Positions 61,020 to 64,000 of a stretch of DNA of 64,000 nucleotides are shown piece by piece; position 1 is the first letter of the stretch, and every line of letters starts with the position of its first letter. A model generated the notes under the pieces. That model did no database searches and was not told the origin of the DNA. It worked only from the letters and a program-made list of their open reading frames with translations. The stretch comes from Octopus sinensis (Eukaryota): assembly GCF_006345805.1 (NCBI RefSeq), contig NC_043025.1, positions 8,184,001-8,248,000 on the forward strand. Direction: 5' to 3'. A program made the translations under genes and the position numbers.

Positions 61020-61880
61020 CCTTGTGAATGTTGTCACACTTTCCCTTCACTAGCCCTCTATAGGACACTAGAGTGGAACTACCACCAACCATATTGCCAA
61101 CTTGATGGTACTCGAGGTGCCAAGCACCCCACGTTTTGGTCTGTGCTTAATCCAGGATTGCAGCTCGGTCAAAGGGACAAGCTGTGGGAGAACCAGTCTA
61201 AGGAACAGCGACCGCACCTGCTCATTGATAAGAAAACACTGGAGATGCTGCAGCCTGAGCACATGACTATGCATCAGTAACGACGGCATGCCCAGGCCCC
61301 CATGGAGCGCCTGACCAGCAGAACCTGCCCCCTCCACAGAAAAGGGAAAAGTAGGCGTACCAGCTTGGTCAGCCAACAAACAAGGCAAGGGACAACGGTC
61401 AGCTGATAGTAGATGACAGATGCAATGTACACATTCGCCACCTCAACTCGGCCTTTCAGGAACAGCTTCCTCTTGGCCCTTTTCTGGGAGAGATTGGTCA
61501 CCCTGCTTGTCACCCCATCCCAGTTTTTCCCGACCTTGAGGTCCGGACCAAGCCGGACCCCCAAGCAATTTAACCAGTTCATCTGTTCAACGTCACACAA
61601 CGCTGTTAGATAGCATGGATTTTCCTCTTCAGGTGCCAAGCCCACTGACTTTTCCCATGTTAATTTTTGCTCCTGTCACCACTTCATATTCTTTTAATGT
61701 ATCACCTATCAGGTCTATGTGCCTGTGGCTTGACTCTATGACGGAGACACCGTCGGCATAAGCAGACATGCTTCTCCCACATCCTAGATCTTGCGGGGAC
61801 ACCCCTCAACACCTCCAGCTTCTGCAGCAGTGGCTCAAGAGTCAGTACATACAGAAGAGATGAGGGTGGGGTACTGTTCT
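61020..61880 (-). mobile_element. L1/Tx1-like LINE reverse transcriptase fragment
   Basis: LYVLTLEPLL...AYADG...TGAKIN; LKGRVEVANVYIASVIYY; GGLGMP. Confidence 0.75.
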
Positions 61881-62213
61881 GTCCAGTACTGTTCTGACCT
61901 CGTTGTCCACATTTTCACACAATCAGCTACATAGACCACAAATTTATGATCTCTACTGCTGACTTAGAAAATCTTTCTCTTTGGATTGTTAGATTGAATC
62001 GTCAGCATGCTACTATTAATCAAGAAATCATTCAAGAGAAAGCGTTGTCTTTGAGGACCTGAAGAGTGTGGTAAGTAGCTTTCTAACCAACCACATGGTT
62101 CCGGGTTCAGTCCCACTGCGTGACATCTTGGGCAAGTGTCTTCTGCTATAGCCCCGGACCGACCAATGCCTTGTGAGTGGATTTGGTAGATGGAAACTGA
62201 AAGAAGCCTGTCT

Positions 62214-62267
<54 letters not shown>

Positions 62268-62517
62268 CGTGTGTATATGTTTGTGTGTCTGTGTTTGTCC
62301 CCCTAGCATTGCTTGACAACCGATGCTGGTGTGTTTACGTCCCCGTCACTTAGCGGTTCGGCAAAAGAGACCGATAGAATAAGTACTGGGCTTACAAAGA
62401 ATAAGACCCGGGTTCGATTTGCTCGACTAAAAGGCGGTGCTCCAGCATGGCCGCAGTCAAATGACTGAAACAAGTAAAAGAGTAAAGGAGTAAAAGAGTA
62501 AGATGAGAAAGATGTAG

Positions 62518-62890
62518 AGTTCAAGGCAAGTCAAAGATGGTTCCTGAAATTTAAGGAGCAAAGAAGTTATCATGAAGATGGTCAAAGTGCATCAGCTGAT
62601 GAACAAGCAGTAACGGAATTTCTTAATGCATTAAAAAAAAAATCACTGAAGAAAGCGGGGTTTTTCCCAAACTGATTTTTAACGTAGACAAAACTGGATT
62701 GTATTGGAAAAAAGGGCGATGTTTCGCTTGTCGTAGCACAAGTTTCCGTCGATTTCCTCCGTCGATTTCCGTAAAAAACTTTTATTTTTTTACATAAGTA
62801 ATGAGAGCGAAAGAGACTAAGAGAAAGCGATTGTATGCGTGCATGGGAGCATTGATGTACATGTATGTGTGCGTGCGTGTGTGTGTGTGC

Positions 62891-62925
<35 letters not shown>

Positions 62926-63250
62926 ATGGGGTGTGGGAGACAGACAGTGTGTGCGAAGAGACAGAGAGAGTAATGTGTGAAAGAGAGAGATAACTGAAAT
63001 TTTTACTCGGTGTATGTGTATATGTATGTATGCATGTATGTGTGTGTGTGTATGTATGTATGTGTGTATGGCCGATTCAGTGTTTACATTTTTTACGGAA
63101 ATCGACAGAGGAAATCGACGGAAACGTGTGCTACGACAAGCGAAACATCGCCGAAAAAAGAAATTGCCGGACTATTTATTCATTTCCAAGGAGGAGAAAA
63201 CTATTTCAGGCTACAAGGTCTCAAAAGAACATGTCTTATTGCAAACCACA
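62518..63250 (+). mobile_element. Tigger/pogo transposase fragment interrupted by a MITE
   Basis: EFKASQRWFLKFK...SASAD...IFNVDKTGLYWKK|KLPDYLFISKEEKTISGYKVSKE. Confidence 0.8.
62715..63152. mobile_element. 438-bp MITE with TIRs of about 62 bp and an 8-bp TSD (Merlin-like)
   Basis: GGCGATGTTTCGCTTGTCGTAGCAC... / ...GTGCTACGACAAGCGAAACATCGCC; GAAAAAAG at 62707-62714 and 63153-63160. Confidence 0.85.
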
Positions 63251-63974
63251 AAATATATGAGAATGAGAAAATAGCTGATAAACAGACATAAAACAACTGC
63301 GAGAATCACGAATGACAACGACGCCTAACGGTAGATATTGGAACTACAGTGCAATACGAGCTCCGAAAGACTGATAAATGAAACAACACAACTAATTTTA
63401 TGATTTCGTTCACTAAGCTACACTGCTTTATGGTGTGTATCTTAACATTTACACTCTCTCTCTTTTACTCTTTTACTTGTTTCAGTCATTTGACTGCGGC
63501 CATGCTGGAGCACCGCCTTTAGTCGAGCAAATCGACCCCGGGACTTATTCTTTGTAAGCCCAGTACTTATTCTATCGGTCTCTTTTGCCGAACCGCTAAG
63601 TGACGGGGATAAACACACCAGCATCGGTTGTCAAGCAATGCTAGAGGGGACAAACACAGACACACAAACATATACACACACACTTATATATATATATATA
63701 TATATACGACAGGCTTCTTTCAGTTTCCGTCTACCAAATCCACTCACAAAGCATTAGTCAGCCTGGGGCTATAGCAGAAGACACTTGCCCAAGATGCCAC
63801 GCAGTGGGACTGAACCCGGAACCATGGGTTGGTTAGCAAGCTACTTACCACACAGCCACTCCTGCACCTATATACTGTACGTATTTTAACATGATTTTAT
63901 GCACTTTTAACGGTTTTCTAGTGATTTTACAATTCCAAATTTGTGGCGGACAGGTGTAAAGTCGAGTAAAATGA

Positions 63975-64000
63975 CTTGATTTGATTTTTATTTTTCCAGG
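63975..64000 (+). other. Probable 3' splice acceptor; the exon would begin at 64000
   Basis: ttgatttgatttttatttttccag|g at the window end. Confidence 0.5.

Overview
Repeat-dense, AT-rich animal genomic DNA. The SINE repertoire and microsatellite load look like Octopus or another cephalopod (inference). Positions 615-47433 (+) hold the 3' part of one thioester-containing protein gene (TEP / alpha-2-macroglobulin / CD109 family). It has 13 frame-consistent GT-AG exons (about 580 aa) with an intact GCGEQ thioester, the catalytic His (VIHKDMQGG), the rest of the TED domain, the receptor-binding MG8 domain and an unusual short Pro-rich tail. One exon is tandemly duplicated, with one copy frameshifted, and another carries a 1-nt deletion; both may be assembly errors. 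A second gene probably starts at about 54642 (+). Introns are filled with tRNA-derived SINEs, LINE fragments (CR1/L2-like, RTE-like, Tx1-like), mariner, Tigger, piggyBac and Merlin-like DNA elements, a Helitron concatemer, a solo LTR and Penelope-like pieces. The most striking unannotated signal is a set of at least five families of minimal type-I hammerhead ribozyme motifs in tandem or inverted Penelope-like repeats. Three have non-canonical cores (G3-C8 swap, A6U, A9C), and two truncated repeat copies begin at the predicted self-cleavage site.
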